From: Eledone cirrhosa
Taxonomy: Eukaryota
Reading direction: 5' to 3'
Assembly: GCA_964016885.1 (NCBI GenBank)
Contig: OZ024753.1
Location: forward strand, 7,688,001-7,752,000
DNA: 64,000 bases
Part shown: positions 17,172 to 28,717 of the stretch, piece by piece
Layout of the letters: every line of letters begins with the position of its first letter
Numbering within the stretch: position 1 is the stretch's first letter
Program-made: the position numbers and the translations under genes
The notes under the pieces: generated by a model
The model's input: the letters and a program-made list of their open reading frames with translations, nothing else
Told to the model about the DNA's origin: nothing
Databases searched by the model: none

Positions 17172-17377
17172 TTGGAAATTTAGTAAAATCGCATCTCTGG
17201 CGGTTTGCAAGCAAATTCGGCCTACTTATATGAAATGATGAGTTAGCAAAGCACTCGATAAGTTAGGTCCTTAGAGTAATAACATAACGTTTAAATAGTT
17301 TGACAAATCGAACATTGTGGCAGGCAAAATCTAACGCACAATAATATACCAAAGTAACGATAGAACTAACAGGTTGA

Positions 17378-17434
<57 letters not shown>

Positions 17435-17438
<4 letters not shown>

Positions 17439-17495
17439 AACGAGTAGGACCCCGACGGCTGAGCTCAAGCCGTTTCGACAGCTAATTCTGGACTC
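17435..17495 (-). mobile_element. fold-back element X, solo short arm (hammerhead 3' half)
   Basis: TAGGAACGAGTAGGACCCCGACGGCTGAGCTCAAGCCGTTTCGACAGCTAATTCTGGAC between (TA)n runs. Confidence 0.8.
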
Positions 17496-17514
17496 ATATA
17501 TATATATATATATA

Positions 17515-18100
17515 ATAAAATATAGAGAAAAATACTGCAGGTAGCACATGGATAACATGTAATAAAATGAGTCCCTCATCAGTGATTTGCCGACGATCAT
17601 CGATATTTCATTGCATTAAAAATCATATACCTCACGTCGGTGCAATAATAACCAAAATAAGTTATTAGGACAATTGAAACGCGTAAAGCGAGTGAGACAG
17701 GAGAACAACACAGAGTATAGCTAATCGTAGGGGAAAGAAACAAGCTTCAAAATTATTCTGTTTAGCATAAGCTAGGTGAATATATGAGCTTTTAGAAAAC
17801 AGACCTGACACGAACTCTGGCCATGTGAGAAGAGAGAAAAATAGCCTTCGTGGTGTACAGGATGAAATGAAGAGAAGAGAAACAGTGAGTGAGTGAAAGT
17901 GTGAGGAAGAGTTAACTGACATGACAGAGGGGGAGAAACAGAGAGACTGGGGGAGCAGTAAGAGAGAGAGAGAAAGAAAAAAACACAGAATCGCAGTGGT
18001 AAATATATGTAATAAAATATAGAGAAAAATACTGCAGGTAGCACATGGATAACATGTAATAAAATGAGTCCCTCATCAGTGATTTGCCGACGATCATCGA
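17515..18100. mobile_element. dispersed element bounded by an about 87-bp direct repeat
   Basis: 17515-17602 is repeated at 18011-18100; body similar to 16122-16425. Confidence 0.65.
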
Positions 18101-18102
18101 TT

Positions 18103-18242
18103 TATTCGTTGTAACGAAAAATTCTGTATCCTTTATAACGAGATCGAGCTAATACATCGAGCGTGTGATCGGAGATTGAAAGAAATTTCATTATACTGAA
18201 AAATTTATTATAATGGTATTCGTTATAACGGAATGTTACCTG
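18103..18242 (-). mobile_element. Tc1/mariner (Tigger-like) terminal region
   Basis: ends GGTATTCGTTATAACGGAATGTTACCTG then TA; inverted match to 4657-4840. Confidence 0.6.
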
Positions 18243-18608
18243 TATATCACCCTAGTTATCTGAGACGCTGCTGTAGTGATGATTAGAGTCACTAAATAAA
18301 TGAGAAAAATTATAAATTATAACTGGCTTGCTTTGTGAAATTGAATTGCTTAGGGAACAATTCCGAGTCGCTGTTCATATGACAAACTATATTTAACGTG
18401 GATATATTTAATGTAGTGAGTATTAAGATGTTAACCAGAGTTAACTGGTCATTCCTCCTCAAATAAATCATTCACTGGTGTAAAGTTAGCATTTAACTGT
18501 CCAGGGAAAATGTTGTAGCATACCATAAAGATGATGAATTGGTTAAATGAATTTATTAACTCGGTTAATTCATATCTTCTATGCTCTATTGCGTAGCTTC
18601 GTTAGTAT

Positions 18609-18835
18609 TTAACCCTTTAGCATTTACATTACTCTATATTTACTATAGTATTTTCACAGCAAACGCTTTATTTCACATAATTATCTCACATAATGTCGAA
18701 TCTATGAGATTTTGATATTATTTATTTTGAGAACAATACCTTGACATCAGTATGAGTGGCCATTTACTGCCGCCTTGAACAGAAAGAAGTGAGAGAATTC
18801 TGTCCGGATATGGTCGGTTTAAATGCTAAAGTTAA
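18609..18835. mobile_element. piggyBac-type MITE
   Basis: TTAA-CCCTTTAGCATTTA ... TAAATGCTAAAG-TTAA; TTAA target duplication; inverted relative of 31988-32182. Confidence 0.8.
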
Positions 18836-18916
18836 AATATACACATAGTTAACAGATCATACTTACACAAACAGAAGCAAACTACCTGAATAAGAGAAGC
18901 TATGATGAAATATATG

Positions 18917-19293
18917 CAGTTGTCCCCCGGTTAACGCGGGGGTTACGTTCCTAGAGTGCGCGCGAGGAGTGGGAAAACCGCGAATATCGGACGTGGTCCA
19001 AAAAATACCTATAAACGTCAAAATATAATGTAAAATATAATTTTTAAAAAAAAGAGAGAGCGTCATATGCGAAGGGGAATCTAATAGGCCGGTGGGGTGT
19101 CAAATACGGTATATTGTTATTAATAATTTAGCGTTAAAATATAAATATACATTACCACGAAAAAAGCCATTAAAAAAAGCGCGGAAGATATTAACGATTT
19201 TGCGAATATGCGGTGGTTTCCACGAACAGTTATTAGTTAGATTCTAAGAAAAAATCCGGAATATCCGGAACCGTGAATGCCGGGGGTACACTG
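18917..19293. mobile_element. Tigger/pogo-like MITE
   Basis: imperfect TIRs CAGTTGTCCCCCGG..CGCGG and CCGTGAATGCCGGGGGTACACTG. Confidence 0.6.
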
Positions 19294-20152
19294 TGTATTC
19301 CCCTGTGGCATAGAAGACAGATAGGTACATTGCGCTTTTGTCTACCCATCCACCCGCCCATTCGATCCTCTATCCATCCAAACATCCGTTCGTCCAGCCG
19401 CTCATCCATCCAGCCATCCAAATATCCAATATTTATACAGTGAAATTCCGTTATAACGAATGTCGGGGAGTAAACTGTATATTCCCCAGTGGTACAGAAG
19501 ACAGATAGGTATATTACGTGTGTGTGTTTGTGTGAGATATCTTCTTGGTATTAAATAACCACTGAATAATTAAATATGTATTTTTATTTTATTTATGCAT
19601 CATTATTTTATCTATCTTTATGGGTCTAGATATAAAAGATATTTTGGAAGAGTTTCAAGCGTAAGTAACTGCTGGTGAAAACTCTCTTTTGATTCTCTTT
19701 CAAATGTCATGATAGAATATATTGGGGAAACTAATTGACAAAGTGGATAACACTAACTTTAGACAGTTCTGTGCTTCAAGGACCGAAACAATAGCAATCG
19801 ATTATATGATTTCAGGCTAGTAACGTACGTTCTTCATAACGCTTATGTTGAAATACTTCCCAAGAGGCACAGCGGATAGTATTAATAAATTGTATTAATT
19901 AATAAATATCTCGATGTCTAGATTAAATTGCAATCAGAGAAGCTGTTTCACAGAAACAACAGAGAAAACAAGAACAATAAAAATCAATTAATAGTCCAGA
20001 ATTATAAAAAGCGTAATGAAACCTTAACCGTGTAAATCGATAATAAACAGCTGGTTTCCAATCCTTGGCCAACAGAATGGTTAAACAAAATAAGAGAACA
20101 AAAAAACAACAGAAAATATGAGGTCATTGATACTTTCTTAGTAAAAAAAAAG

Positions 20153-20245
20153 TACAAGCGTCGGCTGAAAGGTTCATAGGCGGGCTATAAAGGAATGATG
20201 CTAGCGATGTAAAATCTTGCATATATTAATTTCAACCCCTCTAAT
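20153..20245 (+). mobile_element. mariner-like terminal fragment
   Basis: TACAAGCGTCGGCTGAAAGGTTCATAGGC resembles mariner TIR starts (TACGAGGG..TGAAAAGTTC). Confidence 0.4.
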
Positions 20246-20432
20246 TAATTGTTTCTACTTTTGGCACAAGGCCAGCAATTACTCCCAATGCATTACTGGT
20301 ACTTTATTTTATCACCCCCCCCCCGTAAGGATGGAAGGCAAAATTAACCTCACCGGGATTTGAACTCAGAACGTAAAGGGCCATAACTCCTATGCTGAAA
20401 AGCACATGGTGTCTGACGCTCTACCGATACTG
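20245..20432 (-). mobile_element. family A SINE
   Basis: reverse complement of the family A consensus. Confidence 0.8.
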
Positions 20433-20559
20433 GAAAACCACCGACAACTATAATAACAGCAATAATAAAAAAAAGAAAAGGAAACAAAAGAAAAAAAATA
20501 GGAAAATATAGAGAAAAAAGAGAAAAAGAAAAGATATAAAAGAACGGGGAGGAGAGGGA

Positions 20560-20991
20560 TGGCAAGAGCTCTGGTGCCGCAGAAGTGAGGGGCGGGTTGA
20601 TTGTTCTTTGGGCCAAGGGCAAGAGGGCAGAAGGGCTGTGTACTACGGACAAGACAACAAAAGCATTCCTCCAGACGATGGCCAGTGACACCCGCTGCAA
20701 CAGCCCCTCAACATCGCGGGATTTCTTCCTCAGAGGGGACACCGACCCTCCGACCTTGCGGAGGAGCTCGGCAGTGCGGGGTCCAGGTACGCCTGAAGTC
20801 TCGACAATGACCAGTGCGAAGAGGAAGCGACCGGACAAACCCCGATATTTGTTTATTTTACGTTCTTCTGCGAGGTGGGCCGCGATGCCAGGCTTTGTGG
20901 CCGAAACGACTAAGCTGGAGGCGGTGAACGTATCGTAGCAGGTGGCGTCCCAGATGAGGGATCTACCTCCTTCGAATGGGAAGAGGGTGAT
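20560..20991 (-). mobile_element. CRE-clade non-LTR retrotransposon 3' fragment (restriction-like endonuclease domain)
   Basis: hand translation ITLFPFEGGRSLIWDATCYDTFTAS..AAHLAEERKINKYRGL..FALVIVETSGVPGP..LLQRVSLAIVWRNA matches the WDAT..DT / AE..K..KY / ET.G..G / QR.S.A...NA pattern; GC-rich island. Confidence 0.75.
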
Positions 20992-21099
20992 TGTTAAACG
21001 ACGCTAACTCATACTATTCGCATCTTTGTGGTATGTATTATAGATAGCAGGAGAATTTCTGCCAAAAGGGCTGGAAAGAGATTGTTATGTAATAAAAAG

Positions 21100-21245
21100 C
21101 AAGCCCATCAAATCATCCATGTTCTATTTATGGACGACTTGAAACGTGTTTCTAATGAATAGACCTCAGACAAACTCCTTAACTTCAAAACTGCTTAGCT
21201 TTTATGGCAAGATTAAGGTGGAATTTAGAATTTACAAAAACGTAG
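21100..21245 (+). pseudogene. decayed reverse transcriptase remnant, R4/Dong-like
   Basis: CAAATCATCCATGTTCTATTTATGGACGACTTGAAA = QIIHVLFMDDLK, followed by FYGKIKVEFRIYK (compare HLLYMDDLK..FS.DI.MEFG..KC); stops present. Confidence 0.5.
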
Positions 21246-21751
21246 TCACGAAAAAATATATTACGAAAGCAAATACTGCTGAGTAATGAAATAAAATGAA
21301 TTATGATGAAGAATATATTTTAAAAGGAATATTTATGGTCTTTTAGACTAATGTTGACACGTTTATATATATACTAAATAACCATAGACAATTATGCTGT
21401 GACTCTTTTGCGTAAAGTATGGATGGCATTAGTGGAATTTGGAAGAGCACATTTATCAGATAGCAAATATTTGAAACCAATGATTTTATATAAGGAGAGT
21501 TATATTCTATTAAAGATATCAAAAGCATTTGTATGTTCTGAATAAATGACACAGGTGTAATCATTTACAAATAATATAGAGTCAATAAAATTATGTAGAA
21601 TGGTACTGTACATGAGTAACATATGTGGCGGGGGTGGGGATGCGCGTGCGTGTGTGTATTAATTAAGTTTGTAACTAAAGTTACAGCAGGTGCCTCGAAG
21701 TACTAGATGCTGTTACGTGTAGTTTGGATGCATCTTTGCACATATAAACTC

Positions 21752-21841
21752 GCATATCTGATGAGATGTCGTGGAAGAGTCGGGCCCCGGTCATTATGAT
21801 TGTACCCTGAGCTGATCGATATTGAAACGATTGTAATATGC
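21752..21841 (+). ncRNA. type I hammerhead ribozyme, intact core
   Basis: GCATAT-CTGATGA-GATGTCG..CGATATT-GAAA-CGATTG-TA-ATATGC; perfect 6-bp stem I, 7-bp stem II, GUA site at 21833-21835; (TA)n starts about 10 nt later. Confidence 0.85.
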
Positions 21842-21847
21842 CAATAA

Positions 21848-21912
<65 letters not shown>

Positions 21913-21946
21913 TGCAACAGTGTTTTCGATCATATATATACGTATA

Positions 21947-22030
<84 letters not shown>

Positions 22031-22033
<3 letters not shown>

Positions 22034-22210
22034 CAAAGAGGGTGTGGTAAGATACCAGGTGACTATAACGCACCAGAGTACTCGATACTTGGAGTAGTAG
22101 AGTGGGTGATAGGAAAAGATTCAGGACCCCGACGGCTGAGCTCCGGCCGTTTCGACAGCTTGATCTAGCTGTCCAAACGACCGGAGCTCAGCCGTCGGGG
22201 TCCTGAATCT

Positions 22211-22214
<4 letters not shown>
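22031..22214 (-). mobile_element. fold-back element X, divergent subfamily (long and short arm)
   Basis: arms GAAAAGATTCAGGACCCCGACGGCTGAGCTCCGG / CCGGAGCTCAGCCGTCGGGGTCCTGAATCTTTTC. Confidence 0.8.
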
Positions 22215-22241
<27 letters not shown>

Positions 22242-22334
22242 ACCAAAAGTTAAACAAGGTTCATTGATTAATCAATAAATATAGTTTTACAATAGATTAG
22301 AAGCACTCAACAGTGAAGTTTTCTGGAGTTATTA

Positions 22335-22539
22335 ATATTACTTCAAAATATTAATAAATATAGACATTCATGTGATCAAATATATTTTATTATATATATA
22401 TTTCAGTTGAGGTATGTCAGACATCAATTTATTTTATCTGATGAGGACGTACTGATGAAACAGCTCAGTACCTCTGAAATATATATAATAAAATATATTT
22501 GATCACATGAATGTCTATATTTATTAATATTTTGAAGTA

Positions 22540-22543
<4 letters not shown>
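22335..22543 (+). mobile_element. Penelope-like terminal remnant with an inverted 5' copy of its 3' end
   Basis: 22335-22414 is the reverse complement of 22469-22543 and brackets a hammerhead core. Confidence 0.7.
22431..22494 (+). ncRNA. type I hammerhead ribozyme, intact core
   Basis: ATTTTAT-CTGATGA-GGACGTACTGA..TCAGTACCTCT-GAAA-TATATA-TA-ATAAAAT. Confidence 0.8.
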
Positions 22544-22618
<75 letters not shown>

Positions 22619-23744
22619 CGTGCGTGCGTGCGTGTGTGTGTGTGTGTGTGTGTTTAATTACATAAAAACAACACAATATAATTATTTCATTACCGAAGGT
22701 TTCAAGAAACTAGATGATGATTCTTGCAAGAAAACATCCACCTCGTTCGCCAGACAAAACAATTATGTACTAGTTTCTGGCGGAGCCCATCTCCTCTCCA
22801 GCTCCGAACACAGCATATTTTCTTCCAGTGAAGGATAGAAAGTGAGAGAGAAGTGAGAAGGAGATATAGATGAAGAAACGACCTCAGTACTGGTCTAGTG
22901 CTTTATTTATCAACCTTGAGGTGATGAAAAGGAAAGTTGAACTCAGCGAAATTTGAACTGAGAGTACAATGACTAATTACATCAATTGTCAAGTCAAGAG
23001 TACTCAAACTATACGGCCATATAAAAAGATCAACTCGTGGTGTGAGTAGGTTATGCTTGGGAGGAAGGTTGGTTGGTAAGAGAAGCAGAGGCCGGCAGCC
23101 GAAACGATGGCTTGAAATATCAACTTATGGAGTGGACTTCATCCTTGCTCTTTGAACTCTGCTGCTGGTGATCGAACTTTGTGGAGAAAAATATATCATG
23201 TTGATGTGCAGTCTGCAACTGGCGGAGTTTAAGCGAAAGGGAGAGACAATAAGCCGGAATAAATACTGAATCCTGGTTAGTCCGACACCCTAACCAAGCT
23301 GCCGCTACACCGCTTGTATCAAATCAAGACCTGTGGCTTGAGATTATTGCAACTACGTGGACACTGAAGAAGATAGATGCACTGTGAGTAATGGTATTGT
23401 TTCTTCTAGAACCTGCCCTTTCTAAACCAGTAGATACAATATTTCCCGGGAAATTAATTAAAGTTAGGAATATCTAAAAGGAAAAGAAGAAAAGGAAAAT
23501 TCCATTGTTAGTTGTTAGAACAGATAGAATTTTGGTTTCCTACTTTGGAAGTTGGCCAATTTTCGTGTGGGTGTATAGTAGTAATGATGGGATGCCAAAG
23601 ATTTTCACTTCTAATAAGTAAGACATCATGTTAGTAGAGATAGGAATTAAAATTAAACATAGCAAGAATTTGTTATTTCTCACTACATCAAGCAGTGTTC
23701 GTTTTGTTTTATATTTTTTCATGTTTCCCTTCCATACAACGAAG

Positions 23745-24095
23745 AGGCGCGTGACCTAGTGGTAAGGATGTTGAACTTATGATCATAATGTCATAGGTTC
23801 GATTCCTGGACTGGGTTGTGTATTGCGTTCTTCAGCAAAACACTTCATTCCACGTTGCTCCAGTATACTCAGCTGAAAATGAGTACCAGCAATAACTGGA
23901 GGGGCTACGGATTAGCGTCCTGTCCAGGGGTAAGTCTTGTACTCTTAGTCGCTTCTTACTATTGAAACCGAGATAAGCACCACCGGCCTCATGAACCTCT
24001 GGTCTCGAGACAGACCTAAGACGTAGACTTCCATATAACACGATTGATAGTTCCGGGCTCGAGACAGACCTAAGACGTAGACTTCCATATAACAC
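23745..24095 (+). mobile_element. tRNA-headed SINE (family B, CORE-like centre) with duplicated 3' segment
   Basis: A-box TGACCTAGTGG, B-box GGTTCGATTCC, centre TTCTTCAGCAAAACACTT..TTGCTCCAGTATACTCAGCTG, then GCGTCCTGTCCAGGGG. Confidence 0.75.
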
Positions 24096-24289
24096 GACTG
24101 GTAGTAAGATTAGTATTGTAGAAACAAACGAATTTTGTGGGGTTGGTGTTTAGTGTATTCATGAACCTGATTTTGTACGCTAAAGAACAGTTGTCAAACG
24201 TTTCGATTCTGCATTGAACATCTGTTTCAGAGTCTCAATCATCATACTACATAACAGTCAGCGAGGGAAATGTGGAAGGAAGAAAACAC

Positions 24290-24350
24290 CAAAAGTTACC
24301 AACACATTGAACGCTTTTCATCAAAAATGCTGGAGGAAAATCTTTATCAA
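24290..24350 (+). pseudogene. tiny LINE (RTE-like) ORF remnant
   Basis: LNAFHQKCWRKIFI resembles the LNAFHQRCL.KIL stretch of the RTE fragment at 62210-62250. Confidence 0.45.
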
Positions 24351-24475
24351 CTCGAGCGAAAATGTAAAACAAACGCTAGTTGGGGCGGGTTTTGAACTCA
24401 TAATCTAAATAAATGAAATTAAATACCGTAGGGCAATTGGTATTTCATTAAATATGTTTCTTCTTCTTTGCCCAC

Positions 24476-25020
24476 TTACTCCTGAGAGATTCGTGGGGCC
24501 AGAATCCTTAAACACTCCTTCTTGTAAGAAGCAAACGTCTCCAATTGATCCTGCCGAATCGTCAAGCGAGACCAGCCGAGTTCATGAATGTAATCCAACC
24601 ATCTTGCTCGAGGTCTACCCCTGGGTCGCCTGCCAGTTGATTTTGCCCGTAAATTCTGTTCAGTGATTCTTTCATGAGACATTCTAACCACATGTCTGTA
24701 ATATCGGGACTGTGTCCTCTCAATTCGAAGTAGCGGCTCTACCTTGAGTGAGTCTCTGATCTCCGAGTTACACACTCTATCGAGTAACGTTACTCCAAAG
24801 ACCATTCGATGGAACCATATTCTAACCCCATGTCTGTAATATCGGGGCTGTGTCCTCTCAATTCGAAGTAGCGGCTCTACCTTGAGTGACTCTCTGATCT
24901 CCGAGTTACACACTCTATCGAGTAACGTTACTCCAAAGACCATTCTGAGGAACCATATTCTAACCACATGCCTGTAATATCAGAGCTGTGATCTCTCAAT
25001 TCGGAGAAGTAGCAGCTCTA
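24476..25020 (-). mobile_element. RTE LINE 3' fragment with in-frame 138-bp internal tandem duplication
   Basis: LRMVFGVTLLDRVCNSEIRESLKVEPLLRIERTQ.RYYRHVVRM..RRPRGRPRARWLDYI. Confidence 0.85.
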
Positions 25021-25189
25021 CCTGGGTTGATAATTAAATACGGTAAGGTAATTAGTATGTCGTTAAGTGAGTCGATAATTATAATCATTTACACAAATTG
25101 CCACGAAATAACAGAACCAGTCGAATCTAGAATTCCAGCAAATATCCAATTTTATACAACTACGTTTATATCAACAGTCTGTCTTTTTA

Positions 25190-25660
25190 ACCGTCGGATT
25201 GGCAGTATCGGTAGAGGGTCGGACGCCATGCTTTCCAGCATAGTTACGTCCCTTTACGATCTGAGTTCAAATCCCGCCGAGGTTAACTTTGCCTTTCATC
25301 CTTACGTGGGTCGATAACATAAAGTACCAGTAATGCACTGGGTAATTGTTGGCCTTGTGCCAAAAGTAGAAACAATATATATGTATGTATAGACGCGAAT
25401 TGGCAGAGTAGTTAGAACGTCGGATAGAATGCTTTACAAATCCCGCCGAGCTCAACTTTGCCTTTCATCCATTCAAGGTCGATAAAGAAAGTACCAGTTT
25501 AGTACTGGGGTCGATTCTTCCTCTATATCTCTTTCTTTCTCTGAATCTCTATATCCTTCTCTGGAAGAAGTCTACTGTATTCAGGCTTGGAGAGGAGATG
25601 GGGGTCTGCCAGGTTTTAAAAATGCCCCGGAAAGGCTGTATGTCAATAATGTCGCCCCTA
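25190..25660 (+). mobile_element. two tandem family A SINEs, the second with an extended tail
   Basis: consensus at 25190-25375 and 25390-25515; tail CTGGAAGAA..GGAGAGGAGATG..GCCAGG shared with 43925-44260. Confidence 0.75.
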
Positions 25661-25937
25661 CGATTCACCAAGAGTTAAGGGTCCATACCATATGTATTTC
25701 TGCGAGTGTGTGTGTGTGTGTATGAGTGTGTGTATATGTGTATGTACGTACAAGTGTCTATATGAGTAAGTGTCAATGTGTAGATCTGTGTGTGTGTATC
25801 TGTATGTATATGTGTGTACATAAGTATCTACACGTATGTGCATGTATTGAGTAAGGTGTATGTATGCCTGTGAGTCTGTGGGCCAATGTGTATGTATATA
25901 TATATATATGTGTGTGTGTGTGTCTGTGTGTGTGTGT

Positions 25938-25991
<54 letters not shown>

Positions 25992-26099
25992 ATGAGAGTG
26001 TGTGTCTGTACATATATGTGTATATATATGTATGTCATGCCTGTGTACCATTTAGTTGAAGTTTGCCGCGTACTAACAGTTACTAACTACATTACATTA

Positions 26100-26395
26100 T
26101 ATGCCGAGGTTAACTTTGCCTTTCATCCTTACGGGGTCGATAAATAAAGTACCAGTAATGTACTGGGTACATGATGGCATTGTGCCAAAAGTAGAAACAA
26201 TTATATGCGGTGGATTGGCAGTATCGGTAGAGGAGCGGGCGCCATGCTTTGAAGCATAGAGTTACCTCCCTTTATGATCTGAGTTCAAATCCCGCCGAGG
26301 TTAACTTTGCCTTTCGTCCTTACGGGGTCGATATAATAAAGTACCAGTAATTCACTGGAGATTTGCTGGCCTGGTGCCAAAAGTAGAAACAATTA
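26100..26395 (+). mobile_element. family A SINE fragment plus full copy
   Basis: family A consensus twice. Confidence 0.8.
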
Positions 26396-26424
26396 TATCT
26401 CTGACCGTTTTCATTCTTATCTGC

Positions 26425-27488
26425 GTTGAGCGTATGTCTTGCGTGTCAGTGTGTAAGCGCGCCCGCGTGTGTGTAAGCGCGCCCGCGTGTGTGTAAGCGC
26501 GCCCGCGTGTGTGTAAGCGCGCCCGCGTGTGTGTAAGCGCTCCCGCATGTGTGTCAGCGCGCCCGTATGTGTGTCAGCGCGCCCGTGAGTGTGTCAGCGC
26601 GCCCGTGAGTGTGTCAGCGCGCCCGTGAGTGTGTAAGCGCGCATGTGTAGGTGTGTGTGTGAGTGAATGTGTAACACGTTATGAGTGTATGTCTTGCGTG
26701 TCAGTGTGTAAACGCTCCCGTGTGTGTGTCAGCGCGCCCGTGTGTGTGTAAGCGCGCATGTGTAGGTGTGTTTGTTAGTGAATTTGTCTTGCGTGTGAGT
26801 GTGTGTACCCGTGTGTGTGTGTAAGCGCGCCCGTGTAAGTATATACCTATATGTGTAGGTGTGTGTGTGAGTGAATTTGTAACACATTATGAACGTATGT
26901 CTTGCGTGTGACTATGTACCCGTGTGTGTGTGTAAGCGCGCAAGTGTATGTGTGTGCATATATGTGTAGGTGTGTGTGTGTGTGCATTTGTAATAAATTA
27001 TGAGCGTATGTCTTGCGTATGAGTGTGTGCACCCGTGTGTGTGTATACGTGAAGGTGTGTGTGTGTACGTGAAGGTGCGTGTGTGTGAGTGTGCATTTGT
27101 AGCAAGTTATGAATGTGTCTTGCGTATGAGTGTGTGCACCCGTGTGTGTGTTTATGTGTAGGTGTGTGTGTGTGTGTGCATTTGTAACAAATTATGAGCG
27201 TATGTCTTGCGTATGAGCCCGTGTGTATGTGTATATGTGTAGGTGTGTGTGTGTGTGCATTTGTAACAAATTATGAGCGTATGTCTTGCGTATGAGTGGG
27301 TACACCCGTGTGTGTGTATGTGTGTAGGTGTGTGTGTGTGTGTGCATTTGTAACAAATTATGAGCGTATGTCTTGCGTATGAGTGTGTGTGTGAGTCTGT
27401 GCATTTGTAGCAAGGTATGAGCGTATGTCTTGCGTGTGAGTCAGTGCATGCGTGTGAATGTACGCGCACCTGTGTGAGTATATATATG

Positions 27489-27524
<36 letters not shown>

Positions 27525-27534
27525 GATGTGTGGG

Positions 27535-27567
<33 letters not shown>

Positions 27568-27588
27568 GCGCGCGCGTGCGCGTGCGTG

Positions 27589-27621
<33 letters not shown>

Positions 27622-27660
27622 AGGTCTGTGTGAGTACATTTGTAGCAAGTTAGACACGTA
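26425..27660. repeat. GT-based composite minisatellite (20-bp GTGTAAGCGCGCCCGCGTGT units, then GCATTTGTAACAAATTATGAGCGTATGTCTTGCG units)
   Basis: tandem units read directly. Confidence 0.9.
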
Positions 27661-27826
27661 CAAATGCTCACTATTTACCTGTAGCAAGTGCTTGAAAGCT
27701 TGACAAGCATTCCGACACTGTTCAGTTTCGCTTGATCGTGGTTAGAATCTAACTAGCCATTTAATGTAGCGTATGTTACGTGACTACGATTCTGAAACAA
27801 TAACACCTCACACTTACTCAGCCTTT

Positions 27827-27867
<41 letters not shown>

Positions 27868-28189
27868 TCTGAAACAATAACACCTCACACTTGCTCAGCC
27901 TTTGCTCTCTCTCTCTCTGTCTTTCCATCGATAGATATTTAAAATGTGTGTGTAATTGTATGTATGTGTGAGTGTGTATGTGTGTGAGGGAGAGATAGAG
28001 AAAGAGAGAGAAAAAGAGAGAGAGAGAGAGGGAATGCTGCACTGTGTGTCTTTCTCTTCTCATCTCTCTTTGAGTTCAAATGCTGCCGAGGTCAACGTTT
28101 CCTTTCATATTTTTGAAGTTGATGAAAAAAAAACAACTTAATAATCCAGAACTGGATTTGATTCAACCCCACCTCTCTCTGTGTCTCTC

Positions 28190-28229
<40 letters not shown>

Positions 28230-28243
28230 ACACACACACACAG

Positions 28244-28295
<52 letters not shown>

Positions 28296-28444
28296 AAGTT
28301 CTATTTAAATTGTTGGGATACAACAAGTAAATATTTTTATAACTGATATAAAGCACTCGACAAGTCTTTGGAGTAGATATCAAAAGTAACGGTCGCATTT
28401 TGAAAGGGTACGTCAATGTCTATTTATAAAACTGGTATATATTG

Positions 28445-28509
28445 TATTTTGTCTGATGAAGGCATACCATAATTTAACTTGGTATCCTTGAAATATGTAT
28501 AATGAAATA
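28445..28509 (+). ncRNA. type I hammerhead ribozyme, intact core
   Basis: TATTTTGT-CTGATGA-AGGcATACCA..TGGTATCCTT-GAAA-TATGTA-TA-ATGAAATA; distal pairing TATTTATAAAAC/GTTTTATAAATA. Confidence 0.75.
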
Positions 28510-28538
28510 AATATGGTTTTATAAATATAGTTAATATC

Positions 28539-28590
<52 letters not shown>

Positions 28591-28593
<3 letters not shown>

Positions 28594-28647
28594 TCCAGAA
28601 TTAGCCGTCGAGACGGCTTGAGCTCAGCCGTCGGGGTCCTACTCGTT

Positions 28648-28651
<4 letters not shown>
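28591..28651 (+). mobile_element. fold-back element X, solo short arm
   Basis: GCGTCCAGAATTAGCCGTCGAGACGGCTTGAGCTCAGCCGTCGGGGTCCTACTCGTTCCTA inside (TA)n. Confidence 0.8.

Positions 28652-28717
<66 letters not shown>

Noticed and set aside
17230-17275. ATGATGA..GATA hammerhead-like string
   Set aside because: Two core mismatches and no stem I pairing.
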